64,000 nt of DNA from Adineta vaga (Eukaryota > Animalia > Rotifera): positions 15,066,001 through 15,130,000 of the forward strand of contig CP075495.1 in the NCBI GenBank assembly GCA_021613535.1, read 5' to 3'. The position numbers were made by a program, and so were the translations under genes. Below the pieces are notes generated by a model that was not told where the DNA came from, made no database searches, and worked only from the letters and a program-made list of their open reading frames with translations. Below are positions 48,690 through 63,300 of the stretch, piece after piece. Position 1 is the stretch's first letter. The number at the start of each line of letters is the position of its first letter.

Positions 48690-51600
48690 TCAGAAATAAT
48701 CATTACATGAACACCGACCATTTTTATCGAAATGATGAATTCTATTAGCATCACGAATAACTATTTCACATTGACGAATAGCAGCGATCAGTTTCGTTGC
48801 TTGATCTTAAAGATAAAAATCAAATAGGATGATGAAAATTAATAATTGAATAATATATTAGTTACGGCAATCACCGCAAATACGTAAGTTTTTTGTTATT
48901 TGTATTATTTTAGCATTGGGATTGACTACAAAGTTCCAAGCAATTGCTAATCTTTCACTATGTCCACAAAGTACTGATTCAATAGTTTCATCTTCTCCAA
49001 GTGGACGTGTTATCCAGGTAGAATCATATTCATGACCATGTAGAATCAATTCTTGTGAGATCTTCTCCGATTCCAGATGGATATCACTACTTCGTGGATG
49101 AGATCGATCATGAGCATGAAAGCGCTAGACAGAAAAATCAATTTATTTTGCTTTTATAAGACATTTTAATGTCAAGACTTCAAACTTACATAAATCTCAC
49201 CATTGACTGCAGTCCAACTCAAACCAGGCTTTTTCTTAGCACCAGATTTACTTAATTGATTTCGAACACTGAACGCTTTTTCCAATTCACCGGAAGATGC
49301 ATAAACATTGGCAAGAAGAATTGCAGCTGGTGTGAGTAAATTAGACAGTTGAGGGAAAAGCTTCTTCATATTTTGATATATCTTTTCGGCTAAGTCTTTG
49401 TTTTTCTGATTTCTAGCACCTGATAATAAGGACACTAGAAGAAAAATACTCCATTTATAATTTGAGTTCTTTCAAAGGCTAAATCTATTTGTGTGAGAAA
49501 GAGACTACTAAATTCATTCACTAATAATAATATATTGTAAAAGAATATATTTATTGAATAACAATGGTAGTAGTTTGCTCAAACAGAACTTATACAAAAG
49601 ATCTGTCTTTAACAAGCTGATCAATTTAATATATGAATTTAGTTTCATTATTTGGGATAAAATACTTACTGTACATAACCGGTGAAGGTGAATGATTCTG
49701 TTCATATTGATCAATTAGTTGTTGTGCTTCATCAAAAAATGATCCACGACTAAGACAATCAATCTTTGAAAAAGAAATACAGGAACAAGCAGAGCATTAA
49801 TCAATCACAAATTAGAGAGTATATGTCACTTATTATTTACCATTGTAATATAATTTTTTTCTGTTTTCATTTCAATGTTTGTGAAAATAGAACGAGCTTT
49901 ATCGACAAGTCCTGAATGTGAGCATGCATTGAGAACAGAAACATAAGTAGAATCACCAATTAATGATTGTGGAACTTGATCAAAAAGTTTGACCGCTTTC
50001 AAACCCATTCCATTTATACCATAAGTATTAACTAAATAAATAAAGATCAGTATAAATGACAGTCAATGCTTGTAAAATAAAATTGAAACAAACTCATTGA
50101 TGTATAACCAATCCGGTCAATTGAAGATAGTCTGTTGAAAACTTGTTCAGCTTTTTCGACACAACCAACTTTACCCTATAAGAATAATTGAATAACTTGC
50201 TATATCTCATTCTCTGTTCAAGACTTGCCCACATATCAATTAAAGCGTTAGAAATTTTATCATTAGAAAATATATGTTGTGGAATTTCATCTACAATTGA
50301 CTGACATTCTGACGCAATAGCAACTTGTGATAATGCATTGATTGCAAGTAAATAAATGATGACATTTGATTGTGTTGATTTGTTGTCTGAATGCATAGAT
50401 TAAATAGACTTAAGTGATTGAAAATCTTTTACTTTTAATTTGATGATAAAGATGGAGAGTATTGCTTGGCATTTCGTTGACAAGATATCCTGAAAAACAA
50501 GACATCTTCAAATCAAATTTTTGATAAATATGAAAAATGATGGCAACCTTTCATCATTGCTCCATACATAGGTGACACTTTGTTTGGTGATTTATTAAAA
50601 ACAACTTCTGCATTTTTAACATCACCACATCTCATTAGAGCATCGATAAGAGAAGTTAATGCGTGATTACTAAGAACAGATGTGCTCTGGTATTGTTTCC
50701 AAATGTTTTTAATCAAGTTCAATGATTGTTCTGATGGTAATTGAGCACAAGCATTGAATAAGAGTGTGATCATAACTTCACTAGGGTTCTTGATTTGTTT
50801 AAAAAGATCAATTGCTTTTTCCGGCATCTGATTTGTTATGTAACCTTTCATCATTGCTCCAAACATTTCCAATGTTTTCTGTTCTGCAAGATTAAAGATC
50901 GATTCAGCTTTTTCAGCATCACCACATTTCATTAATACATCGATTAGAGAGGATACAAAATTCATATTTGAAAAATAATTTCTTGGCATTTCAATTAATA
51001 TTTTATTCACTAAATTCAATGATTCCTTTGATGGTAACTGAGCACATGCATTGAATAGAAGTAGTGTTGTAATACTATCTGGCTTTTCGATCAAATGAAA
51101 GAAATGAATAGCTTTTTGAGGCATATTATTTTCAATAAAACCTACAAGAAATGAACAACACAATTAAATTCAATCCCGATAATAATCAGGAAATAACAAT
51201 ACCTTTCATCATTGTTCCATACATTTCCAACGTTTTCTCCTTTCTTACATTAAAGATCGATTCAGCTTTTTCAACATCACCACACTTCATTAGAGCATTA
51301 ATCAAAGAAGTTAATGCGTGATTATTAAGAAGAGATGTGCTTTGGTATTTCTTCCAAATGTTTTTGACTAAATTCAATGATTGTTCTGAGGGTAATTGAG
51401 CACAAGCTTTGAATAGAAGTATGATCATAACTTCACTTGGATTGTTCACTTGTTTGAAAAGATCAATCGCTTTCTCCGACATCTGATTTTTTATGTAACC
51501 TGCAAATAACAAACAATACAAGTAAAGTAGATTATACTAAAAGAAAACAAGCACAACACCTGTCATCATTGCTCCATACATAGGTGACACCTTGTTTGGT

Positions 51601-52759
51601 GATTTATTAAAAACAACTTCTGCATTTTTAACATCACCACATTTCATTAAAGCATCAATCAGAGAAGTTAATACGTGATTATTACGAAGATATGTGCTTT
51701 GGTATTGTTTCCAGATGTTTTTGACTAAAATCAATGATTGTTCTGATGGTAATTGAGCACAAGCATTGAACAGCAGTGTAATAAGAACTGCATCAGGATT
51801 GTTCACGTGTTTGAAAAGATCAATTGCTTTTTCTGGCATCTGATTTTTAATGTAACCTACAAAAACGACAGAAATTTCAATTGAATCATATAAATGATTG
51901 CAAGAGAAGGATACCTTTTATCATTGCTCCATACATTGGTAATATTTTGTTTGGTGATTTATCAAAAACAACTTCTGCATTCTTAACATCACCACATTTC
52001 ATTAAAGCATCAGTCAAAGAAGTTAATGCGTGATTATTAAGAAGAGATGTTGTGTGGTATTTCTTCCAAATGTTTTTGACTAAATTCAATGATTGTTCTG
52101 ATGGTAATTGAGCACAAGCGTTGAACAGCAGTGTGATAAGAACTTCATCAGGATTGTTTGCGTGTTTGAAAAGATCAATCGCTTTTTCCGACATCTGATT
52201 TTCAATATATCCTAAATACAATTCGAACGGATCACGAAATTTTATTAGTATAAGACAAAAGAAAAGTGCAAACCTTTCATCATAGTACCATAAATATACA
52301 ATGTTTTCTCTGTTGACATATTATATAGAGCTTCAGCTGATTTCACATCATGACATTGCACTAGAATAAACTGTTAAATTAAAACGACGTAATTTTATTT
52401 TCAATGAATTTACTATAGAAATGGATGAGCGATTTAACTAACGAAGAATCAGTTTTCAATCGATTTTGAATCAGATGATGAATATCTTGTCCACGTTGAA
52501 CATCACGAAGTTGTATACATGCTTTCAAAGCTTGCTGGATAGTTAAACTAGATAGTTGTTTCGTATTTTTTTGCTTTTCTCTATTAAACAAATCAATTGC
52601 TTGTTTGAATTGCTTTTTTTGATTTAATATTTTCATCTGTTGTCCAGGATCTACATCTGATCGGCTTGGAAATAATGATGATGAGAAACATGTTATTTCT
52701 TTTCTAATAATGAATAGATCTTTCAGATTTACATGAGTATAAATGAATCTGTTGAACAT
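48690..52759 (-). CDS. PPR-E-DYW protein (cytidine deaminase-type domain, ends DYF)
   Basis: PPR repeats; LNACSHSGLVD; LLANVYASSG; KKPGLSW; CGHSERLAIA; KNLRICGDCH; RDANRIHHFDKNGRCSCNDYF*. Confidence 0.93.
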
Positions 52760-53494
52760 GATATGATTTTGTATTACTAATATAAAATCTAAAAGCAAAG
52801 TCTGATTTTAACTCTTCACAATTTATTGAATATCGACATTGGAGGTTTATGAAAAATATTTATACATTTTTCTTTTCAACTTTTCGATTCATAGTTATCA
52901 TTACTTAGATCGGGTTTAAGAAAGAAAAAAAAGACAAAACATAATTCATTGGCTATCTTAAATATTCATGCTATCGACGAATATTCGTTGTCGTCTATAA
53001 AGTAAAAAAAATGTTTCAATAGCTGTCATTAGCAGCTGAAGAGTGTTTTCGTGAATGAGAATGAGATATTTTTAGAAAATCTTTTCAAAATGAATAAATG
53101 AGTGAATTGCAACTTTATTGTACCGTTCGTAGTTCCATATGCAAAACTTTAATAACTCCAGTTTCTCTTGGTCAATCTTTATGAAAATTTCAGAGTATGT
53201 TTCCCTAATTGATGCTCACTACCATACAAAAAATCACGAATTTATGATTAGTCTATCCCGAGATACTCCATACACAAGGTTAAAATCACTGATTTCTTCT
53301 ACTACCTGTACAGAGAAAATAGCCCATAACTAGCTGGTTTCTTTTATAAGAGTTTTCACAGTTGTTGACATTTATAGAAGACAGTATATACATCACAGAT
53401 ATAGGACTAGTTAATTCTTTCATCACAGCTTATGTCATATGTTTCTTGAAATATAAGATGTTCTGCTAATAATCAATATGATGTCACACGAGAT

Positions 53495-53655
53495 TTAACC
53501 CTAGAACTACCAACCAGGGCCCAAACGGACCCTGTTTTTGAAAACCAAGAAAATACTAAACCACCCCTGCGTATTAAAAGACCCGGGGTCTTCTATTATA
53601 TTTTTCACACAAGTTTTTCAGGGGGGTCTTCTATTATGGGGGGTCTTCTAATATG
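53495..53655. mobile_element. DNA transposon end fragments
   Basis: TTAACCCTAGAACTACC (piggyBac-like end) and three GGGGTCTTCTA repeats; no matching second end found. Confidence 0.4.
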
Positions 53656-53990
53656 ATTTCGTCTCTCTAAACAATATAAAATTACAGTTACATGTTACAA
53701 AGACTTTATTAAATTAGTTCATGATAAGTAAATTCCTGTAAGTATATCCGTCCTCTTATTTTACTCTAATCGAAAATTTATTGTTGCCCTGCATAGATAA
53801 GCCGTTTGTCACGTCATGCAGTTCCACGTAATGATCGTATATATTTATATAAATATATGAAGAGTTCTTTATTGGAAAATAATCAGATAAATAGATCGGG
53901 AAGAGAGAGAGAGAGAGAGAGAGAAGAGAAGTGTAAGATATATGTATATCTTCACAAACACATATACATATAGAGAAACGTATATATATA

Positions 53991-54093
53991 CAGTAAAACC
54001 TCTCTATAGTGGACACTCTCGGGACCATTCAAAAGTGTCCACTGTAGAGAGGTGTCCACTATATAGGAGTGTCCACTATGAGAGGTTCTACTG
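53991..54093. mobile_element. Tc1/mariner (pogo/Tigger-like) MITE
   Basis: TA|CAGTAAAACCTCTCTATAGTGGACACTC...GAGTGTCCACTATGAGAGGTTCTACTG|TA. Confidence 0.88.
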
Positions 54094-54491
54094 TATATTT
54101 TTTCTTACTTTATACCATTTGTAAGTTTTGTTTTGAAAAATTAAAAGAAATTTTTTTGTCAACCATTCTTTTTTATCTAGATTTTGATATTGGTGCTAAT
54201 AGTAATGAAAATATTCGATTTTCATAAATCAAATGTTTCCTACATGTCGATATTAATAATGATTTATTTCCTGATGTATGCAATCTACTTAGCTGGTATA
54301 GCGATACGGAAACTCAGATTATTGTACTTGTTTAAAATGAACAATCGTCGACTAAATACATATATATACAAAACATGGGTATACGTATATCCGATTATTT
54401 TACAATCACAATTTTATTTTTGACTATAGGAATTGATAACCCGAACGGTAACTTTAGCCATAAATAGTATTATTGCAGTTTATTATATCTA

Positions 54492-54815
54492 CCCAGGACG
54501 ATGTTTCCCGGCTACGGATCCGCACGGAACCTGCCGGAAATCACGCCTTTCCGAGGATATTCCGGACAGTTCCAGCTAGTTCCAAAAGGTTCCAACCGGA
54601 AAACCCAGGACAATGGAAGCAGTATTCCGATCGGAATTTCTCGGACTGTTCCGGTGAATTCTAGTCGGAATTGTCGGAAAACGACTGAAACTTACTGGAA
54701 GTTAGTCAGAAGCGAGCGGAAAAATCCGAAAATATCTGGTTCGGAATCCTGCTTCCATGAAATTGCCGGAATGTTCTGGTTCCGGCGGGATCCGGCTCGG
54801 ATTTTTCGACCTGGG
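54492..54815. mobile_element. MITE with CCCAGG(A/T)CGA termini
   Basis: TA|CCCAGGACGA...TCGACCTGGG|TA; GC-rich CCGGAA motifs inside. Confidence 0.85.
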
Positions 54816-55079
54816 TATTATCATGAAACAATACAAGCAGTAAGCAAAATGAAGATTAAGAGCATAAAAGTTTCTATTAATCTCTTTTTCTTGTAGATAT
54901 TCTGCGCAGTATTAGCTTTTGTCAATATTCTTGATATATGCTGTTACACATATATAAAAATCGTGGTTTATAATGAAACTGAATCATAATTATCCTATAT
55001 GTGTTATAGATTTTTTTTATTAGATGTTCTTTTGTTTTCTTCAAAGTCAGATTTTTCTTTCTTTTGATATATTTTCAGA

Positions 55080-55470
55080 TGAATACTAAAGAAATTCAAA
55101 CAAATTCATTATTGACACCAAGCGAAGAAAATCGTCAATTGCATCCACAGTGGTCTCCGTTCCACCCATTAGTCTTTATTCCAGGTTGGATTGCCGTTTT
55201 TGTAATTTGGATTAACCTTTTTGTAGCTATGATATATTTCATTGTATGTATATGACATATATCAAATAAAATAACTTATATTATAAATGATTTTTAGAAT
55301 ACAACTAATGGTCCAACAAGATTGGTGGGTTATATTATGCTGATCATGGTATTAATTGGAATTATATTATTATTCTTTCCTTTGATCAAGTATCTCACAG
55401 ATAAGAACGTAAATATAGTTTTAATAAAAACGAAAGGTTTCTTTATTATATCATTTATACAAATAAATGA
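55080..55470 (+). CDS. Small two-TM protein, two exons
   Basis: MNTKEIQ...WIAVFVIWINLFVAMIYFI|intron|NTTNGPTRLVGYIMLIMVLIGIILLFFPL. Confidence 0.45.
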
Positions 55471-57287
55471 TAATCTTTTATAATTAGACTTCTTTTCTTT
55501 CTCTTTGTAAAGTATACGAAAATGAAACTTTTTTTCGAAGATCTTTTAGGATTTTTCGATAGATAGTTTATTTTTTCCCAGTTGAATAAGACAAATAATT
55601 TCTATTCAATCTTTTAAAAACCATTTGAAAGAAAAAAAAAGGTGTGTTGTTTCGATGATAGACATATGAAAAGAAAGAGAGACTAAAAATGATTGTTATA
55701 AATGTCGAAAAATAATTTTATTTTGAGAAAATGCTCTGATTCTTTATAGTTAAATAAGATGAATTAATATTTGTTATGAATGGAAATTTATTTATTCTTT
55801 TAAATTTTATATATTAATTAGATGATCTACGTCGATAACAATATGTCTTTGAATGCATCTAATGAACAATCTGAAAGATTATCTCTTTTATTTATTATTA
55901 ATTCTCATATTCAAAAATGGAAACATCCGTCTTTTTTTTCGAATTGAAAAATGAACATAAACAAAATGGAAGTATTATTCTTGGAAATAATAACATTTAA
56001 CAGTTGTACTATTAGTTTTGTGTATATATGTACATGTATATGTATTATTTGTATTGTATTCTGACGAGTTAATTTATATCGTTCCATTATGTAATCTTAG
56101 CAATGTCGTTTTGTCTGACTAGTCAATCGAATAAAATAATCTATACAATACATGAAACAGCTTTTTAAGCAAATTTTATATCTAAGCATGCTCTATGATG
56201 AAATATTCCATCAGTAAATATCTATCTAATTTCGGATATCAAAGGTAGGGGTGGTGGAACATTTTTTTATGAAGCAAAGTTCAACTGATGACCGTGACGG
56301 AAGAATGAAAGTTTCAGTTTAGTTTATATCGAATCAAAAACGTTTCATTACCACAATGTGTTAATCTACGTTATTATATTAGAGTAGATTCCTAGATCTT
56401 TTGAAAAGAAAGTTTGACCATAGTTTATTCTCACATTTATTTCTATCAATTATTTTAGCAATTTTATCATCTTCGATAGCTTTCATCTTAGTTATTTGTG
56501 TTTAAATTAAGTACATCGATAATATTGATGAAGCCTTGATTGAAAAAAGTTCTGATGAAATAATTTCATAGAAATCGAATTAAAATGCAGATAAATGCTA
56601 GCAGTGAAATATCATTGTAAAACAGAACACATGGTATTCTTCCGTAAATACAATTTCTTATGTGATAACTTGATTGAATTGTAGAGATATCTTTTATTTT
56701 GAATAAAACAATAATATATTACAATCGCCTTAGAACAGGATTTGGAGCAGATGCATTATTGTCTGATAAATTTAGAATAAAGGAATATCCACATTTATGT
56801 CTTTTCCGATATTTTTAATCTTAAAAAAATATTTGCTTAACAGTCATAATATGCTCTTCGTCGCATGACTTTCTAACATTGTGTATTACTTTTCGTTCTT
56901 ATTTCATGGTGTAGTGAAGTTCGACTAGGAATAGTTTTTTTCGTTTTATTACAATATTTATAATTTTTTATGTGTTAAAAACAATTATAAACATGAATAC
57001 TAATGCGATAGGAATAATAAAAACATTATGATTTATGAAGTTTGATGTTATATATCATCTAACGACCTCTATATAATTTATTCGATTAAAACTTTCTACA
57101 AATTACAAATAATATTAAATTTTCTTTGTCTAAAATCGACAGATTGATTGCAAAATCAATTAATTCAAAGGATTTTCGATTAGAAAATGATGTTGTTATT
57201 AGCAACAAGTATTAAAATGGTAGATGTTATTGATTAATGCGTAATATTAAACTTTAATTTAATTTTCAAAAAAAAGATAGATTGATC

Positions 57288-57329
57288 ATGTTCAAGTCAT
57301 CTGATTCTGCTCATTCGAATGTCACTTCC

Positions 57330-57360
<31 letters not shown>

Positions 57361-60300
57361 GATATTCTTCCGAATTTGAAATTGATGATGTTCAAGTTTG
57401 GACAAAGTAGGAGATCCGTTCGAAAAGATTCTTCGTGTTCAAATATTCTTGTTTTGAAATTTAGATTTTTTGACCGATCACAAATACCTAACGAGAAAGA
57501 TCATCATCGAATTAATCATATATTTAATAAACTTGTCACAAGTATTGTTAAATATGAGCGGTAATTTTATTTAATAGAGCTTTGAAATAAAGATATTCTT
57601 ATATAACTATAGAGAACAAGACTTCCAATTACTTGAGGCACTTGCAAAACGAATCTTAACTCCTGATAATGATAGAGAAGAAGATGAAGAACCGACAATA
57701 TTGACTATATTTGATCAAGAACGACTGATAAAACTTCGTACACTTTGTAAACGTTCAAAACATTATGATTTTATTGAAAAATTACTTTCAACTATGTTTA
57801 CACGAGTATTTAAATAGTTTTAATTTTTTCTTTCACAAAATTGAATTGTATTTCTCTTTTAGGAAAAATCAAACGAATTAATTCTTCCACCAATCAACAA
57901 AACAAATCAACGCGCTCGTTTATCATTTGATGAAGCTCGAATTTCTTTACCATTGAAGAAAAAACAACGAATATCCGTCACACAATCTCCAACATCAGTA
58001 AGCCAAATATTTTACATAAATTCTCTCATGAAATGTACACAGTTACCATTCATCATCTAGACTTTCACAGTTCATTATTAATCGGTAAAGAAGAACTACT
58101 CAATTTTCGCTCCGCTCGCTTTTCTTTCGGTTTCCTCTTTCCTATCTGAATAAGTATGAATTGATTTTTTAGATTCAAACGAAATGTAAACCAACAATCA
58201 TGATGCATGGTCCATTAACATTACAAAACATTTATCAAGCCATTCCAGCCGCTACTCTTCAGTTTGCCGAAGGTAAATTCCTTAATATAAATACAAAATA
58301 GTTCTCTCATTTCGTTCTAGATGAATATGTTTGGCATGTTAATCGTCCTGTAAATATGATTTTGGCAACAGGAGTTCAATTACCAAACGTTTTAACTGAA
58401 CCAGCGGCAAATACAAATATTGAAAGTGAACAATTTTTTAATAAAATGATTGAAGAAGTTATTCGTGATTATGAAAAACGACATCCAAGTGATCATTATG
58501 CTGCATTAAAACAATGGAAAGAAAAACACGTAAGAAGATATGAAATAAATCACTTGTGTCTATATGTGTAAGTTTATTTTAAAGAATGTTGATCATTATA
58601 CGGAATCGATAACACCAAATCGAATGAATGGATTTGAAACACTTCTTGATGTTGTACAACGACGTCATTTAGGAAAATTACAACGATATTTGCTTAATGT
58701 TGTTTCAACGAATCGTCATTTCAATCCTTATGATTTAATTACAGTTCCTGATAATAAAGTAGAATTCTTTAACGGTTCTCATCTATAAGAAATTAGATTT
58801 CTTTTTTTTCGAATTGATAGGCTGATCCAGAAAATCATTATGTATTTTCTGTTTTTGGAGTATTAAATGTTCGAAAAAATGGACAAGATGTCGAATTTCT
58901 TGAATTAGCTGAATGGTATCGACATGCAAAATTATGGCATGCATGTCGACAAATTCCTTTTTTTCGAGATTACCTCGTTAGAAAACAATTTAATCGGTAA
59001 ATTATCTGTAAACGTTAAATGCAAACTATTATCTATTTTTCTTGTTATTAGATGGTTATCGAATGCTCGTTTTGCTCGATTTGCACGACGTCGCTATGAA
59101 GTTAGTAGCAAACATCTTTTATTTGCACAGAATCCAATATTTCAAATGGCCATTCTTGAAATTCGTCGAGTTATTTGTGAATATCAACGTTTAACATTAC
59201 TTCCACCATTCCTTCCGTAGATGAAAATAAAATCCTATTGTTTCAATTAAATCTTGAATATCTTTTCTAGAGACATGTCATTATCCTTAAATGATCTCGA
59301 ATTACTTGTTAATCAACATACCATGCATACGATTGAATATACAAAAAAATTCTATAATCATATTAAAACAATTATTAATATGACACGTGAAAGTTGTGGA
59401 AAAAAATTACATGTTATTTTAAAATGTCTCGAAGAAGATTCTCTGATGTTGTAAGTATAGATTATTTTCTTTAATAAAGACAAAATATTTGATTTGATTT
59501 TAACTTCAAGTGATCCAGCATCTGGTTCATTGTATGAACAACGAATAAGAAAAGAAAATCTTCGAAAAGAACTTGAACAACTACAAAATGATCTTCGGTA
59601 AAAAGAAATATTTAATATTAAAATCATGTTGTTGCTTTTGTTTGTTCTAGAAATATGTGTCCATTTCTCAATCTTTGTTCAGCAATGTTAGCATCTTGTT
59701 TATGTGATATACAACGCGATGCGTTAGCTCATTTTGGATTATCAACTGCCGTATTTTTAACAAAACTTCATTTTAATGAAGCTAATTGTAAGTTTAGTTT
59801 GGTAGAAACAAAATCAAAAATGAAATTAGAATATCGTTTTTTAGCAAATCCGATACTTCAGTATTTTCCATCACGAGATGATTATCTTGAAATACTTCAA
59901 TCAGTTTTACAACAACCACAACAGATGCTTACGGAATATTGGCAACAAATTTTAGAATTAAATATTTGTTTGAAAGATACAGATAAATTTGGAGAAACTG
60001 TTCGAAAAGAAGGGTAAGATAATGTGCTTGAATGATCTCTTCAGGAAATCTCTTATTTTGCTTTTTCAAGATTAACGAATGAATGTGAAATATGCGGAAA
60101 AGAACTTTATCCAGGTTTACAAGAAACATCAACTAAATCGTGTAAATGTAAAAAACAGCAATCAAAAGGTTTGTTTCTCTTAATTCTGTATTTTGACTGA
60201 AAGTTTTGTTTTTATTTGAAACAGGTTTTACTAATGAATCAAATGATTTGGTAATCAAAGGTCATGGGTTTTTTGGTAGTACAACACGAAATGAAGTTCT

Positions 60301-63300
60301 TCCGTTTGAATTAATCTTTACTACCGAGTATGTTTTAGTTTTCTCGATCAAATTCTTTTCTTTCAATTTTGTTTTTAGTTTGAAATATCAAGACGAAATA
60401 AAGAATATTCTTTTACAATTTGGTATATCTTTTGATGAATTGGATAATTATTGTGAATCAAACGAATGGCTATGTGAAATAAAACGTTTTTGTTTACAAT
60501 GGACCCCAAATCAAATGAAGGAAATGACTGAAACTAAACAAGTTTTTCCCATTGAAGTTTGTCATGAAGAAACAATCGAGAATTTATTTTTGTTAACATG
60601 TAATTTGTTTTCTTTAAATAGGAACAATTGAAACTTTTTCGTGGTTGGATTGATAAAACTCGTACATTTGAAATGACATATACTACATCAAGTTCACCCT
60701 ATGTTATACAAATCGATTGTTCAATTATCAGAGGGGATCTTTATAAAACAGTGAATACAATTTATTCAGAATTTGGAAAATATCTTTATACTTATGCTTT
60801 GACGAATGCACAATATCTTATCGAAAAATTTCAACAAGCTTCGGATGTTCGTTTGTAATTTAGAAGAAAATTCCTTCATTTACTTTTCTTTCTAGGTACT
60901 TGATCAACGACCGACACTTTTAGAAGATTATGCTCGATATGTTAGTTTTCTAACACCACATAAAACAGAATTAGCATCCAATCAACAGACTATTGATTAT
61001 TTTACAAGTCTTTTCGAAGTAATTTTCTATGATTTCAACCATAAAATTCATTCTGATTTTATTAGATTATCTTCACTCATTTTGGTCATTTCCGTTTGGA
61101 AACTGAAGAAGATCCAATTGATAAATCATTAGTTGATACATGGAAATTATTTCAAAAGAAATTATCTGATGCTGCTGATTTTATCGTTCAAGAAATGTTA
61201 ATTGTCAAAGAACGTTTACGTGAAATATTCGAAGTAAATATTCCATTCACACATAAACTTAAACTGTCGTTTATTTTCTTTAGAAATATTTTCATGAATG
61301 TGAAATCATTTATCATCAATCGACAACTGGAATTTTTCTCGATCCAACGCAAGATCCATTAGAAATGATAAAACAATTACGAAAAGTATTAATAATTACT
61401 TTTCTCTTTTTTTCGAACTAATTTTTACAAAATTTAGAATTGTATTCAATTCGAAGCGGAAGAAAAACAATTGAAACAATATGCTGATTGGCGTGCTTCT
61501 ATTGCGGCAAATAGTTTAAATTCAAGTTATGATGAAGATGCCGATTTAAATGATTTGAATACAGTTGCTGATTGGTCAATGGAAATTGATTATCGAAAAG
61601 ATCTATGGAAATATGTTGAAATAACATCAAGTACGATTAAAGAATGGAAATTGACATTTATTAATAAAGTAATTAATTGATTTTGTTTTGAATGAAAAGA
61701 AATTTTGTTCGTTTCTTAGTTTAATATTCCTCGTTCACGAGAAAAAATCGAATGTTGGTTGAGAATTGCTGAAGATTTTAATGATAAAATCGCTTCGGAT
61801 GATCCTGTACTTTGTTATTGGATTCAAATGCTCAAAGATTTCGAACAAAATATCAATTTACTTGAGAAACTATTGAGTGATGCAATGACAGTAAGATATT
61901 TTTCTTTTTGTTAAAACACTAAAACAATCTCTCTTTTTCTAAAGCCTGAACAATGGCGATTATTATTCCGTGCTAATGGACATGATTATGATCCTCATTT
62001 TAATTATCGTATTCAAGATTTAATCGATTTAAATATTCTTCGAATTGAAAATTTCGATGTCTTTTTACAAATACATAAACATGCAATGCGAGAACAGAAA
62101 TTAAAAGAAAAATTAGCACAAATGCAAACATGGATCAATGAACTTTATTATCGAATGATTAAATATGGATCTGCACATAAAACTACTACAAGTAAAATCG
62201 ATTTCCTGGAATGATTAATATTAAATTTTTGATTTTAGTTCAAAATCGATTAACATCATCTTATCGTCAAAGATTAAGTCGATATCGTGAATTACGTGCT
62301 CGACAATCAGCAAGTCAAGAAAATCCATCAAAGACCATTTCCGCTACGGAAACATCAATTGGACTCAATGAAGAATCCTATTTAATGATTAATTCTCAAG
62401 AAATTTTTCGTTTAATTGAAGATCGTTTATTATTATTACATACAAATGAACCATTTCATATTGATATTGATAATTGTCGAGAACAATTTCAACGATATTA
62501 TACTTTCTTTGATGAGATTAAAATTTTAACACAATTATGGTATGAAACACAAAATAAATGGATATTTATTCGAAATGCTTTAGCGAATTTAATGGAAATC
62601 AATGATGATCGAATAGTTTTAAAAGAACTTTATCAAAAATTTATCGTTGTTGATCAAGCTTTTCGAGTAAGAAATATACAAATTCCTATTAAATGAAATT
62701 AATAAATTTCTTGTTTTCAACAGAGTTTTCAAAAAACAGCTTTTCAAAATCCATCAATTGCTGGTTTAATTAAAGGTGAAACAAATCAAAAACTATTTAA
62801 AACCTGGCTCAATACTTTCGTAAGTAAAAATTCAATGTCTATCAATCAAATTCATCTTTAGTTTTAGAATGAATTAACTGTTGAACTTGAATTTTATTTG
62901 AATGAACAATATCGATCGAATTTCGGTCGATTTTATTTCTTATCAACAGATGAATTAATTGATTTAATATCTTTTGGTCTTGATCCAAGATACTACATAC
63001 CATATGTCAGACAATTATTCAAAGGTATTCATAATATTCAATTTCAATTACCTGATCAATCAATTGGTGCATCAACAAATCAACAGGTCAATTCCGCTGC
63101 AATTGATATCTATGGTAAAATATTCAATACGGAATTCATATTAATCAAAACATTCTTTTTCTTTGTCTTGTAGCTTATCGTTTACAAGGTGCATCAATTT
63201 CAAATCGATATCATGAAGAATTGCCGTTAATATCGAAATTAAAATTAAGTTTACCAACAGTTGATTCATCTGGATTGAATACTCATCTAATTAGTAGTCA

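Noticed and set aside
54473-54896. ORFs of 63 and 131 aa (likewise 21800-22084 and 34643-34987)
   Set aside because: Arise from GC-rich MITE sequence; no recognisable protein motifs.
56284-56320. CTGATGA...GAAA hammerhead-like core (also 56552 and minus-strand ~17780)
   Set aside because: Stems I-III could not be built convincingly around the core.
57329-57360. (AAT)n microsatellite
   Set aside because: Simple repeat, probably poly-Asn in the first dynein-like exon.
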